From positions 128,001-192,000 of the forward strand of contig CAVVMW010000012.1 in NCBI GenBank assembly GCA_963749495.1: a stretch of 64,000 nucleotides of DNA. The letters are read 5' to 3'. A program made the translations under genes and the position numbers. This document shows, piece by piece, positions 19,719 through 30,591 of this stretch; the first letter of the stretch is position 1; every line of letters starts with the position of its first letter. Under the pieces are notes generated by a model. It saw only the letters and a list, made by a program, of their open reading frames with translations. It was not told where the DNA came from and did no database searches. Source of the stretch: an uncultured bacterium (lineage in GTDB: Bacteria; Verrucomicrobiota; Verrucomicrobiia; Limisphaerales; UBA8199).

Positions 19719-19825
19719 GGCGGGAGAGGGCTGGTTTTCGGTGCCGCTGTGTCCGTCAGGCCCTGTCAGCAAAGGATAATTCAAAATCCGATTTCTGGTT
19801 TCGTCCGCACTGAGATGGTTCGGGT

Positions 19826-21767
19826 CTAAAAGCTCAGGTAGGTGTATTCCTTCAGACCGCGTTCATAATCGTCGAGCAGGCGCATGGCCTCGGAGGGTTT
19901 CATCCGGTCGGACTTGATGGCCTCGTCGACCTGGGCCTTCATCTGGCGTTTGAGTTCCTTCTCATCGTATTGGACGGAGTCAAGGGCCTGGGCGATGGTG
20001 TTGCCCTCGATGATTTCCTCGACGTAGTAGCCGGCGGGTTCGTCGGGGTCGAGGAAGACGTGGACCTCGTTGACGCGGCCGAAGAGGTTGTGGAGGTCGC
20101 CCATGATGTCCTGGTAGGCGCCCATGAGGAAGATGCCCAGGTAATAGGGTTCGAGTTGGCCGTTGCCGTTGGTGCGCAGTGGGTGCAGGGGGAGGGTGTC
20201 GCGCACGTCGCGGAGGTCCACGAACTTGTTGACCTGGCCGTCGGAATCGCAAGTGATGTCGACCAGCGTGGCCTCGCGGGTGGGGCGTTGGTGCAAGCGG
20301 CTGAGCGGCATGATGGGGAAGAGCTGCCCCAGCGCCCAGTGATCCAGCAGCGATTGAAAGACCGAGAAGTTGCACAGGTACTGGTCGCCCAGGCTGTCTT
20401 CGAGCTGGCGAATCTCCTCGGGCACGTAGGCCTGGCCCTTGAACGAGTCCGCCACGCCGCGGCTGATCTCCCAGTAGAGGCTCTCGATCTTGGCCTTGTC
20501 GGGCAAATCCATCATGCCGAGGTTGAACATGTGCTGGGCGTCTTCCTTCCGCTCCAGGGCGTCGTGGTAGGCCTCCAGCTTGTTGAGCCGGGGGAGGTTC
20601 TTCTGGATGTCGAGCAGCTCCTTGACCAGCGGGTGCTCGTTCTCGCCATATTGGAAGCCCTCGCCGGGCCTGAGTTTTTCGATGGCCCCGAAGACCTCGA
20701 TGATGAGCACGCTGTGGTGGGCGACGACGGCCCGGCCGCTCTCGCTGATGATGTCCGGGTGGGGCACCTTCTCGGTGTTGCAGACATCGGCGATGTAATA
20801 GACGATGTCGTTGGCGTATTCCTGCAGGGTGTAATTGGTCGAACTGTCGAAGGCCGAGCGGCTGCCGTCATAATCCACGCCCAGCCCGCCGCCGACGTCC
20901 AGGGTCCTGGATGCGGAAGCCGGCCTTGTAGAGCTTGGCGTAGAACCGGGCCGCCTCCTGGACGGCGCGTTTGACGATGAGGATGTCCGGCACCTGGGAG
21001 CCGATGTGGAAATGGAGCAGCTTGAAGCAATACCCCAGGTTCTCCGCCTGGAGCATCGCCGTGGCTGTCAGCAACTCGGCCGTGCTGAGGCCGAACTTGG
21101 CATTTTCGCCGGCGCTCTCGGCCCACTTGCCGGCGCCCTTGCTCAACAAGCGCACGCGCACTCCGATCAACGGCTCGACCCCCAGTTGCTTGGAGAGGTT
21201 GATGATCTGCCGCAGCTCCTCCAGTTTCTCCACCACCATGATGACCTTCTTGCCCAGCTTGGTGCCCAGCAACGCCACGCGGATGAAACTGGCGTCCTTG
21301 TAGCCGTTGCACACGATGAGGCTGCCAAGCTGGCTCTGCAGGGCCAGCCCCGCAAACAGCTCCGGCTTGCTCCCCACCTCCAGCCCGAAATCATAAGGCC
21401 GGCCCGCATCGAGGATCTCCTCGACCACCTCGCGCAGTTGGTTGACCTTGATGGGGAAGACCCCGCGATACATGCCCTGGTAATTGAACTCGGCGATGGC
21501 GCTGCGAAAGGAGAGGTTGATCGACTCGACCCGGTGGCGCAGGATGTCCTGGAACCGGACCAGCACCGGAAACTTCAGCCCCCGCGCCTTGGCCTCCTCG
21601 ATGACGTCCGTCAGGTCCACCGACGCCCCGGCGTCGCGCAACGGCTTGGCGATCACGTGCCCGGCATCGTTGATGTCGAAATACTCCGCCCCCCACCGAT
21701 GAATGTTATAAAGGTTCCGCGCGTCCTGGATGTCCCAGGTTTCGTTGCCGTCTTGCGAGTTGCTCAT
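19826..21767 (-). CDS. speA: Biosynthetic arginine decarboxylase; frameshift near 20905
   Basis: FPIKVNQ (PLP Lys), GLEVGSKPEL, HFHIGSQ | LDVGGGLGVDYDG, ITCDSDG, GAYQDIMGDLHNLFG. Confidence 0.95.
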
Positions 21768-21841
21768 TGCTCGTGCTTGCGCTTCAGATCGATGCGCACT
21801 ATAGAACGCTGGCCGTGGAATTCAATACGCGGTTTGAAAAA

Positions 21842-21902
21842 AAGGCTGAAGGCTGAAGGCTGAAGGCTAAAGGCCCAAATTTAGCCTTTAGCCTTTAGCC
21901 TT
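21842..21902. repeat. Inverted heptamer array (AGGCTRA)n/(TTAGCCT)n
   Basis: Read directly; overlaps the stop of the kinase gene. Confidence 0.9.
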
Positions 21903-22924
21903 TCCGAGAAGCCTTTCCGAGACTGGCGACCAGTTCCTCGGGCGTGACAGTGGCGGTGCCGAGCTTGCCCACAACGATGCCGGCGGCGTGATTGGAGAGG
22001 AGGGCCGCTTCGAGCGGCGAGGCCCCGGCCGCAATGGCCAGTGTGAACGAGGCAATGACGGTGTCGCCCGCGCCGGAGACGTTCGAACACCTCCTGCGAC
22101 ACGGTGGGGATGTGAAAGGGTTTCTGTCCTCGCTGGCAGAGGAGCATGCCCAGTTCACCCAGGGTGATGAGCAGGAGGGCCGGGCGGAGCTGGCTCAGCA
22201 ACTGGTCGGCCACGCGCATGAGATTGGCATCGGCCAGCGGGTTGGAGTGGCGGGTCTCATCGGGGAGCCGGGCTAGTTCGAAGGCCTCTTTGCGGTTGGG
22301 AGTGATGAGCGAGAGCCCGGACAGGTCCAGGTGATGCACGGGCTTGGGATCCAGGCTCAACCAGATGCCCCGGCTCCGGCACAGCCCCTTGACCTGGTCC
22401 AGCAATCGCTGGGTGACAACCCCCTTGCCGTAGTCGCCGATGATGACGGCCGCCGCGCCGGCACTCTTCGAGCGGAGAATGCCCGCCAGCCGGCGGCTCA
22501 GCCGCTCGTCCAACCCCTCGCGGGTCTCCCGGTCGATGCGCACGACCTGTTGTTTGTGGGCCACGATGCGGGTCTTGACGCTGGTCCTGCGCGCCGCCTG
22601 CGCCAGCACGCCCGCGCAACCGATGCGGTGCTCGCGCAGCAACTGCCGGAGCTGCCGGCCCGCCGCGTCGCGCCCCACCACCCCAAACAGCTCGGTCGGC
22701 GCCTCTAGCGAGGTCAGGTTGCGCGCCACGTTGGCGGCGCCGCCCGGCATGAAACTCTCCCGCTCCAGGTCCACCACCGGGACCGGGGCCTCGGGCGAGA
22801 TGCGCGCCACAGTGCCCCAGACGAAGTGGTCGAGCATCACGTCCCCAACCACCAGCAGCCGGCTTTGGCGGGCGCCGGCCAGGACCTGGCGCGCGCGCGC
22901 GGCGGTGAGGCGAGTGGCGTTCAT
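21895..22924 (-). CDS. rfaE1: D-glycero-beta-D-manno-heptose-7-phosphate kinase (HldE/RfaE kinase domain, PfkB family); frameshift near 22085
   Basis: [36 protein letters not shown] | [20 protein letters not shown]. Confidence 0.88.
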
Positions 22925-22976
22925 GCTGGGTTTGGCTGTTGAGGTCTCTTGGACCTCGGTCCAGAAGCATTTGAAC

Positions 22977-23043
22977 GCGAGGGGCGAGGGGCGAGGGGCG
23001 AGGGGCGGAGATCGCTTCCCTCGACCCTCGACCCTCGACCCTC
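22977..23043. repeat. Quasi-inverted heptamer array (GCGAGGG)n/(CCCTCGA)n
   Basis: Read directly. Confidence 0.85.
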
Positions 23044-23100
23044 CGTTGTCCGGCTTCTCATGAACCTATGTCTAATCAAGGGTGAACCCCTCTTTCTGGT

Positions 23101-23882
23101 TTACTCAACAAACGCGGTTAGGGGGCTTGTCGGGCTGGCGGCCTCCTGCTGGCCGGGCAGGCCGGATTCGAAAGCGGCCCTGCCGGCCTCGACGGCCATA
23201 CGGAAGGCGAGGGCCATCCTGTTAGGATCGGCGGCCACGGCAATGGCGGTGTTGACCAGGACGGCGTCGGCCCCCAGCTCCATCGCCTCGGCGGCGTGGC
23301 TTGGGGCCCCAGGCCGGCGTCCACTACGACCGGCACCGTGGCCTGCTCGATGATGATGCGGAGCTGCTCGCGGGTTTGCAGGCCCCGGTTCGAGCCGATG
23401 GGCGACCCCAGGGGCATCACCGTTGCCACCCCGGCATCCTGCAACCGCTTGGCCAACACCGGGTCGGCATTGATATAGGGCAGGACCGTATAGCCCTCTC
23501 GCACGAGCACCTCGGCCGCCTTGAGCGTCTCGACCGGGTCAGGGAGCAGGTACCGCGGGTCGGGGTGGATTTCCAGCTTGATCCATTTGGGCAGGCCGGC
23601 GCTGGCCGCCAGGTGCGCCAGGCGCACTGCCTCCTGGGCGTTCATCGCGCCGCTGGTGTTGGGCACCAGCAGAAAACGGTCCGGATCGATAAACTCCAGG
23701 ATGTTGGCAAAAGGGTCCTTGCGCCCGCTCAAATCGGCCCGGCGCAAGGCCACCGTCGCCATCTCCGCCCCGCTGGCCTCCAGCGCATCGCGCATGGCCT
23801 CGGCAGAGGAGAACTTGCCCGTGCCCAGGATCAGGCGCGAATGGAAGAGGCGCCCGCTCACGCGCCATGGTTGGTTCTGCAT
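23101..23882 (-). CDS. thiG: Thiazole synthase; frameshift near 23305
   Basis: [38 protein letters not shown] | [21 protein letters not shown]. Confidence 0.93.
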
Positions 23883-23962
23883 TGGCATCGCGGCCAATGT
23901 AGCCACACCCCCGATGGATTGTCGAGAGCATTGGCCGGGGAGCGTATGCCGCCACCGCCCCC

Positions 23963-24072
23963 GGAGTGCGCCCGTCCCCGGGCGCAGCAGCGAGGGAGCG
24001 GGCAGGCGCGCCGCAGTACTTGACCGCTGCCCTGGCTGCGGACGTTGCTGCGCCCGAGGACGGGCGCACTCC
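23963..24072. repeat. GGAG-type REP-like inverted pair
   Basis: GGAGTGCGCCCGTCCCCGGGCGCAGCA ... TGCTGCGCCCGAGGACGGGCGCACTCC. Confidence 0.8.
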
Positions 24073-24193
24073 CAGCTTGCCGCAGCCGATGGGGGCGGTG
24101 CCGGGATACGCCCTTGCCCGGGGAAGGCCAGTTAATAGTCTTGACCTCGCAGTATCGTTGCTTTTAACCTTGGACACTGTTAGGCAACGATTC

Positions 24194-25219
24194 ATGTTTG
24201 CGCAACTAAAAAGCCTGTTTTCCAACGATATTGGAATAGACCTGGGGACAGCCAATTCCCTGGTCTATGTCCGGGATCGGGGGATTGTTTTGCGGGAGCC
24301 ATCGGTAGTGGCTATCCAGGCAGGCACCACGAACGTCCTGGCTGTAGGGGAAGAGGCCAAGCGGATGCTGGGACGCACGCCAGGGAACATCGTCGCAATC
24401 CGGCCCATGAAGGATGGTGTGATAGCCGACTTCGAGATTACCGAGGCGATGCTGCGGCACTTCATCCAGAAGGTCCACCACCGCAAGCTCATAGCGCCGC
24501 GGGTCGTCGTGGCGGTGCCCTCGGGCATCACCGAAGTCGAGAAGCGGGCGGTGAAGGACTCGGCAACCCATGCCGGCGCCCGCGAGGTGTACCTGATCGA
24601 GCAACCGATGGCCTCGGCGATCGGGGTCGGGTTGCCCGTGCACGAACCGGCGGGCAATATGATCGTGGATGTGGGCGGGGGGACTTGCGAGATAGCTATC
24701 ATCTCGCTGGCCGGGATCGTCTTCAGCCGGAGCCTGCGGGTGGGCGGAGACGAATTTGACGAGACGATCGTTGCGCACATGAAACGGGCGTATAATTTGA
24801 TGATAGGCGAACGCACAGCGGAAGAGATCAAGATACGAATCGGCTCTGCCTTTCCGCTGGAGCAGGAACTGACCATGGACGTCAAGGGCCGCGATTTGAG
24901 CGCAGGGTTGCCCAAAACGCTGACCATTCGCTCCGAAGAAGTTCGCGAGGCCTTGCAAGAGCCGCTTTCCAGCATTTTGGAGTCTGTCCGCATTACCCTG
25001 GAACGCTGCCCGCCGGAACTGTCCGCCGACCTGGTGGACCGTGGGATAGTCATGGCCGGCGGCGGCGCGTTGCTGCGCGGCATAGATCGGCTGGTGGCTG
25101 AGGAGACCGGGTTGCCGGTCCACATAGCCGACGACCCGCTCAGCGCGGTGGCCGAAGGCACCGGGCGGGTGTTGCAGGAACTCCAATTTCTCAAGCGGGT
25201 CTCTTCCAACTCCAAGTAG
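24194..25219 (+). CDS. mreB: Rod shape-determining protein MreB
   Basis: [35 protein letters not shown]. Confidence 0.97.
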   Translation: MFAQLKSLFSNDIGIDLGTANSLVYVRDRGIVLREPSVVAIQAGTTNVLAVGEEAKRMLGRTPGNIVAIRPMKDGVIADFEITEAMLRHFIQKVHHRKLIAPRVVVAVPSGITEVEKRAVKDSATHAGAREVYLIEQPMASAIGVGLPVHEPAGNMIVDVGGGTCEIAIISLAGIVFSRSLRVGGDEFDETIVAHMKRAYNLMIGERTAEEIKIRIGSAFPLEQELTMDVKGRDLSAGLPKTLTIRSEEVREALQEPLSSILESVRITLERCPPELSADLVDRGIVMAGGGALLRGIDRLVAEETGLPVHIADDPLSAVAEGTGRVLQELQFLKRVSSNSK

Positions 25220-25377
25220 TTCCCTCCTGTCATCACGCCGCCCATTCCGGCCTTTGGACCGAAGACGGTCACGCCAGATGGGAATGGGCGGGGCGTTCCG
25301 GGGCCGGTCTGTCCGCGCCTGCCCCGGACCCGGCGGCTGGATGAGTTATTCCAGCCCTGACAAAGCAAGAAGTTTAG

Positions 25378-26185
25378 ATGTTGAAACGTCCGCCTTATAT
25401 AGTGCTGGGCCTGGTCGTGGTGCTGACGCTGGTCATTCTCAGCTTGCCAAGCCACACCAAGGCCCGGCTCAAGCTGGGCATCGGCAGCCTGTTCCTGCCC
25501 TTGCTGGGCCTGGTCCACTCCTCCCAGCAGGGGGCCGGGGCCGTGCTCGACTCGGTGGTGCCCCGGGGCGAATTGGTGCGCCAGAACGAGGCGCTGCGCC
25601 AGGAAAACCATGACCTGCGTTTCAAGCTCATGCGGGCGGACACCCTCGACCGGGAGAACGCCCGGCTCCGCCAACTCCTGGGCTGGCAATCCCAGTTGCG
25701 CCGCAAGATGAAACTCGCCAGCGTCGTCCTGCGCGAGCCCCTCCAACTGGTGGCGCGCCGTCCAGATCGACCTCGGCACCCGCGACGGCATGACCGAGAA
25801 CCTCACCGTTCTGAGCCCCGACGGCTGCCTGGTGGGGCGCATCGCCCTGGTCAGTCTGACCCGCTCCCAGGTCATCCTGGTGGGGGACTCCAATTGCAAG
25901 GTGGCGGCCGTCGTCGAAAACGAGAGCCGTTACAACGGCGTCATTGGCGCCTCCGATCCCCTGGACCGGGGCATTGTCAGACTGGCTTACCTCTACAGCA
26001 ACGCCGACCTCAAACCCGGGCAGTGGGTCAAGACCAACGGTTTGGGCGGGAGCTTTCCCCCAGACATCCCCATCGGCAGGCTCGTGGACTCCCAACCGAT
26101 CGAATTCGGCTTCGGCGCCGTCGCCCAAGTCAAGCTGGCCGCCAATCTCGACGCCCTCGAAGAAGTTTGGGTGCTGGTGCCATGA
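25378..26185 (+). CDS. mreC: Rod shape-determining protein MreC; frameshift near 25740
   Basis: TM plus coiled coil (ENARLRQLL) | IDLG..DG, LVGRI, TNGLGG.FPPDIPIG; operon position. Confidence 0.85.
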
Positions 26186-26204
26186 ACAAGCGGCCTCACA
26201 ATCA

Positions 26205-26416
26205 TTATCGCAACCTTTGTCGCAACCTTTGTCGCGGCCTTTGTCGCGGCATGGCCAACTCGACAAAGGTTCCGACAAAGGTTGCGACAAAGGTCCCGAC
26301 TCGCGGCTTGCCCGCCGCTCTAAGGGACACAAGGGACGAAAGCGACAAAAGCGACAGCATTCGTCATTCGTCATTCGTCATTCGTCATTCCGCACTCCCC
26401 ACTCCGCACTCCGCAC
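26205..26416. repeat. 12-mer tandem-inverted element (copy 2), 9-mer tract and (CATTCGT)n/(CTCCGCA)n arrays between mreC and mreD
   Basis: Read directly. Confidence 0.9.
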
Positions 26417-26420
26417 TTAA

Positions 26421-26973
26421 ATGACCTGGCTCACCACCATCCTCCTGCTCGGGGCGGCCTACCTGGCGGTGTTTTGGGAGGCGGCGTTCAGCAGCCTGCG
26501 CCAGTTGTTGGGCGCGCAGATTGACTTGTTGCCGCCGCTGATGGTCTATGCGGGTTTGTGCGCGGGTCCGGCCACCATTGCCCTGGTAGCCGTTTGCGGC
26601 GGGCTTTGGCTGGATTCCCTCTCGGTCAATCCCCTGGGCATCAGCGTGTTGCCGCTGCTCCTGGCGGGGCTGACGATCTACCTCGAGCCGGGAACTGATC
26701 TTGCGGGAGCAGGTCTTTGCGCAAGTGATTTTGGGCCTGGCAGCCAGCGCGGGAGTGCCGCTCATAACCTTGCTCCTGCTGCTGACCACCGGCCACAAGC
26801 CGCTCCTGGGCTGGGGCACCCTCTGGCAACTGGCGGTCCTGACCGCCGGAGGCGGCCTGGCCACTCCGGTTTGTTTCGTTCTTTTTGACTGGCTCCACGA
26901 CTCGCTGGCCCATGGCCGGCCCGCAGAGACCAGCTTCCGGCCAGACCACGAGATGCGGCGGGGACGAGGGTGA
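26421..26973 (+). CDS. mreD: Rod shape-determining protein MreD; frameshift near 26685
   Basis: Hydrophobic; GGLWLDSLS.NPLG; lies between mreC and mrdA. Confidence 0.8.
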
Positions 26974-26974
26974 G

Positions 26975-27011
26975 GAATGACGAATGACGAATGACGAATG
27001 ACGAATGACGA
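26975..27011. repeat. (GAATGAC)x5 array
   Basis: Read directly. Confidence 0.9.
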
Positions 27012-27109
27012 AAGCCCCTCAGGAACAGAGTCATGGCATATTGAAAGAATGAAATGATAGCAGGAGCAACAGATCGGCAACACTGGATCTCCTCCGGAGA
27101 GACTGCCTT

Positions 27110-27322
27110 GCACCGCGTAGCGGTGCTGGAAGGTAGCCGTGGACTTCCAGTCCACGGGTCCCCAGTCGAAGATCACCACCGTCGCGTAGCGACGGCTGAA
27201 AACGCGATTCGCGGCGGCGGCGCGCCAACATCAGGCGTCGCTACGCGACGCGCGGACCCGCCAACGCTCCGAACCGTGGACTGGAAGTCCACGGCTACCA
27301 TCACTGCGTCGCTACGCGACGC
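27110..27322. repeat. GTAG-type REP/BIME-like element
   Basis: GTAGCCGTGGACTTCCAGTCCACGG ... CCGTGGACTGGAAGTCCACGGCTAC with CGTCGCTACGCGACG palindromes. Confidence 0.85.
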
Positions 27323-27332
27323 GTCTTGACCC

Positions 27333-29372
27333 ATGCTGATTTTTGACCAACTGCGAAAAGACGACCCGCAACTGCGCGCGGTGGCGGTGATGGTGCTGGT
27401 CGGGCTGGGGATATTGCTGGGCGGGCTGTGGTGGGTGCAGGTGGTCTCGGCTCGGGACTACCAGGACTCGCTGGAGACGCAGTCCTACCGGACAGTCCGC
27501 GTCCCGGCGGTGCGGGGAAAGATCCTCGACCGCAACGGGGTGGTGCTGGCGGAGAACCGCCCCTCTTACAACATCAGCCTCTACCTGGAAGAGTTGCACA
27601 GGCCTTTCAGGGCGGCCTACGCGAAGGCGCTCGTCCGCGCGCAAGTCCAGGCCAGGCAACGCCTGGACCAGGAGCAGCATCGGCTCAAGCGCCGGTTGAC
27701 CAAGGAAGAGCGCAAGAAGCTGGCGCTCTCCAGCGCCGACAAGGAGTTGCTGCGCCGCGACGCGCGTTGGGCCGTGGCCAGCAACGTCGTGGCCGAGCTG
27801 AGCCGGCGCCTGGGACAGCCCCTCTCGCTCGATGTCACCAATTTCGAGGCGCATTTCCAGATCTCCCTGGCCCTGCCCTACCCGGTCCTGCCCGGCCTTA
27901 CCTCGACCCAGATTGCCCGGTTCGAGGAACAGTGTACCGGCATCCTCGGGGCGGATCTCGAGATGCAATCCACGCGGGTCTATCCCTTCCAAACCACGGC
28001 CGCGCACGTGCTCGGCTATTTGCGGCGGGACGTTGACTCCGCCGAAGGCGAGGAGGCCTTCTTCTCCTACCGGTTGCCCGATTATCGCGGGGTGGTCGGC
28101 ATCGAGGGAGGCTACGACAAGAAGCTGCGCGGCACCGCTGGCGCCAAGTCCGTCCTGGTGAACAATATCGGTTACTACCAGGCCGAGAACGTCTGGAGGG
28201 CGGCCGAGCCGGGGCACAACGTGGTCTTGACCCTGGACGTGCGCATCCAGCAGGCGGCCGAGAAGGCCCTGCAGGACAAATTCGGTCCTGCCACGCGCGG
28301 AGCGGTCGTGGTCATGGACGTGAACACCGGCGACATCCTGGCCATGGCGTCATCGCCCACATTCAATCCAAACCACCCGATCCAGAAGTTCCCTCCGGGC
28401 GAATACCAGCGCTGGAACGACCCCCTGCTGCGCCCCACCGTGAACCGCGCCACCTTCGAGAATTACCAGCCCGGCTCGATCTTCAAGACCGTGGTGGCGA
28501 TGGCCTGCCTGGAACAAGGGCTTGACCCCAAGGAAGTAATCTACAATCCTGGCTCCATCCGGATTGGCCGGGGCAAGCCGATTCCGGACCTGGCCCTCCC
28601 CGGGTACTATGATTTCGCGCGGGCCTTCAGGAAATCGAGCAACGTCTATTTCATCACCAACGGCCTGCGGGCCGGAGCTGCCAGCATCGTTCGCATCGGC
28701 CAGCGCCTGCACCTGGGCGAGAGAATTGGCCTGCCCACCCGCCAGGAAACCCCGGGCACCTTCCCCTCGTGGCAGACCATCAGCGCAAACTGGCATGATG
28801 GAGACACCGCCAACCTCTGCCTCGGCCAGGGCCTGATTGATGTCACCCCGCTCCAGATGGCCGTGCTCACCTCCGCCATCGCCAATGACGGGAAGGTTTT
28901 GTGGCCGCGCCTGGTCGCCCGAATCGAGCCCCAGGACCCTGCCTCGGGCGAAACGCCCGAGGTCTTCCCTGAGAGCCGCCTGCGCGATGAACTGGGCGTC
29001 AAGCCGCGCACCCTGGCCCTTCTGAGGGACGCGATGCTCCAGGACGTGGAGGATGTCGACAGCACGGGGCATGAAGCGAAGGTGCCCGGCCTGAGCATCT
29101 GCGGCAAGACCGGGACGGCGCAGAAAAAGGACGTCTATGGCCACCTCAAGGAGCACTTCACCTGGTTCATCTCCTTTGCCCCCTGCGAGCACCCCCGCTA
29201 TGCAGTCGTCGTAATGGTCGAGGTCGAGCACGGCGGTTCCGGCGCCACGATCTGCGCGCCCGTGGCGCAAAAGATTTACCTGGCCTTGCAACAGTGCGAT
29301 CCGCTCAGGCTGGCCAAACCCGCCGTGGTGGCCCAGGGCGTCAAACCCACTCCCACTCCGCGCGCGCCGTGA
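27333..29372 (+). CDS. mrdA: Penicillin-binding protein 2
   Basis: RGKILDRNG, SxxK (PGSIFK), SxN (SSN), KTG (GKTGTAQ). Confidence 0.93.
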   Translation: MLIFDQLRKDDPQLRAVAVMVLVGLGILLGGLWWVQVVSARDYQDSLETQSYRTVRVPAVRGKILDRNGVVLAENRPSYNISLYLEELHRPFRAAYAKALVRAQVQARQRLDQEQHRLKRRLTKEERKKLALSSADKELLRRDARWAVASNVVAELSRRLGQPLSLDVTNFEAHFQISLALPYPVLPGLTSTQIARFEEQCTGILGADLEMQSTRVYPFQTTAAHVLGYLRRDVDSAEGEEAFFSYRLPDYRGVVGIEGGYDKKLRGTAGAKSVLVNNIGYYQAENVWRAAEPGHNVVLTLDVRIQQAAEKALQDKFGPATRGAVVVMDVNTGDILAMASSPTFNPNHPIQKFPPGEYQRWNDPLLRPTVNRATFENYQPGSIFKTVVAMACLEQGLDPKEVIYNPGSIRIGRGKPIPDLALPGYYDFARAFRKSSNVYFITNGLRAGAASIVRIGQRLHLGERIGLPTRQETPGTFPSWQTISANWHDGDTANLCLGQGLIDVTPLQMAVLTSAIANDGKVLWPRLVARIEPQDPASGETPEVFPESRLRDELGVKPRTLALLRDAMLQDVEDVDSTGHEAKVPGLSICGKTGTAQKKDVYGHLKEHFTWFISFAPCEHPRYAVVVMVEVEHGGSGATICAPVAQKIYLALQQCDPLRLAKPAVVAQGVKPTPTPRAP

Positions 29373-30588
29373 ACGCTGCCACTGCCATCCTCAACGAACG
29401 CCAGCCGCGATTTGACCGGCTCCAACTGGCCGCCCTGTGCTGCCTGATGCTCCTGGGCGCGGCCTTTGTCTATAGCGCCCGCCTGGGGACCGAATCGGCC
29501 GCCACGGCCCCGTGGTATAACCAGACCTGGTTCCGGCAGATCCTCTGGTATCTGCTGGGCGCCGGGGCCGGCGTGGGCCTGGCGCTGGCCGACTACCACA
29601 CTTTGGCCCACTGGGCGATGGTCATCTACTGGGCGTCGCTGCTCCCGCTAGGCGCCGTGCTGGTGCCCGGCATCGGCACCACCCACGGCTGGGGCGCCAT
29701 GCGCTGGATTGATCTCGGGTTCTTCCAGTTCCAGCCCTCGGAGTTCGCCAAGCTCAGTTTCATCCTGGCCCAGGCCCATTTCCTGGCCGGCCCCCCGATG
29801 AGTTGCGGCTCCCATCCAATGTCCTCAAATCGCTCGGGTTGCTCCTGCTGCCCTTTGTGCTGGTGATGAAAGAGCCGGACCTGGGCTCGGCGCTGGTGCT
29901 GGCGCCAACGGGGTTCCTCATGATGTATGTGGCCGGGGTGCCCCGGCTTTACCTGACGCGGTTGCTCGGCGTGGCCGGCATCCTCGGGGCGTTGTTCCTG
30001 GTGGATGTGCTGTTTGCGCCGCCCAACTGGCAGGTTACATTGCAGGATTATCAGAAAAAGCGGCTCCTGGTCTATTTTGGCAGGGACTATACTGCGCTTC
30101 CGGGCGCGTCCAAGGCCAAGCGCGCTGAGTTGCGAAAGCTCCAGTTCGACGATTCGCACAATGTGCGGCAGGCATTGATTTCCGTCGGCTCCGGCGGGCT
30201 GATCGGCAAAGGCTGGCAGCGTGGGACCCAAAAGGCCCTGGGCTACCTGCCGCCGACTGTGGCGCACAACGACTTCATTTTCTCCGTCATTGCCGAGGAG
30301 GAAGGGTTTGTCGGCAGCGTGATGGTCATCACGCTTTATGGGGTGCTCCTGTTTACGGGCATCCGCATCGCCGGCCAGGCGCGCGACCGCCTGGGCAAGT
30401 TGATGGCTGTGGGAGTGGTTGCCCTGCTCTTCAGCCACGTTTTCATCAATATCGGCATGAACATCCGAATGATGCCCGTGACGGGCGTGCCACTGCCGTT
30501 GCTCAGCGCAGGCGGCTCGTCAGTGCTCTGCTCTTTGATCGCCATGGGCTGGTTGCAAAGTGTGTATATCTATCGAAAGGCTTACTAA
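29369..30588 (+). CDS. rodA: SEDS peptidoglycan polymerase RodA; frameshift near 29790
   Basis: RWIDLG..FQPSEFAK | EPDLGSA, HNDFIFSVIAEE, PVTGVPLP. Confidence 0.9.
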
Positions 30589-30591
30589 ACT

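Noticed and set aside
23883..24190. TPP riboswitch before thiG
   Set aside because: No CTGAGA/ACCTG core; the region is occupied by a REP-like element.
24265..25899. 544-aa ORF antisense to mreB/mreC
   Set aside because: No recognisable domain; typical antisense open frame of a conserved gene.
7307..30588. Programmed frameshifting or pseudogenisation of leuB, speA, thiG, mreC, mreD and rodA
   Set aside because: No shared slippery motif, and simultaneous loss of these genes is implausible; sequencing error is more parsimonious.
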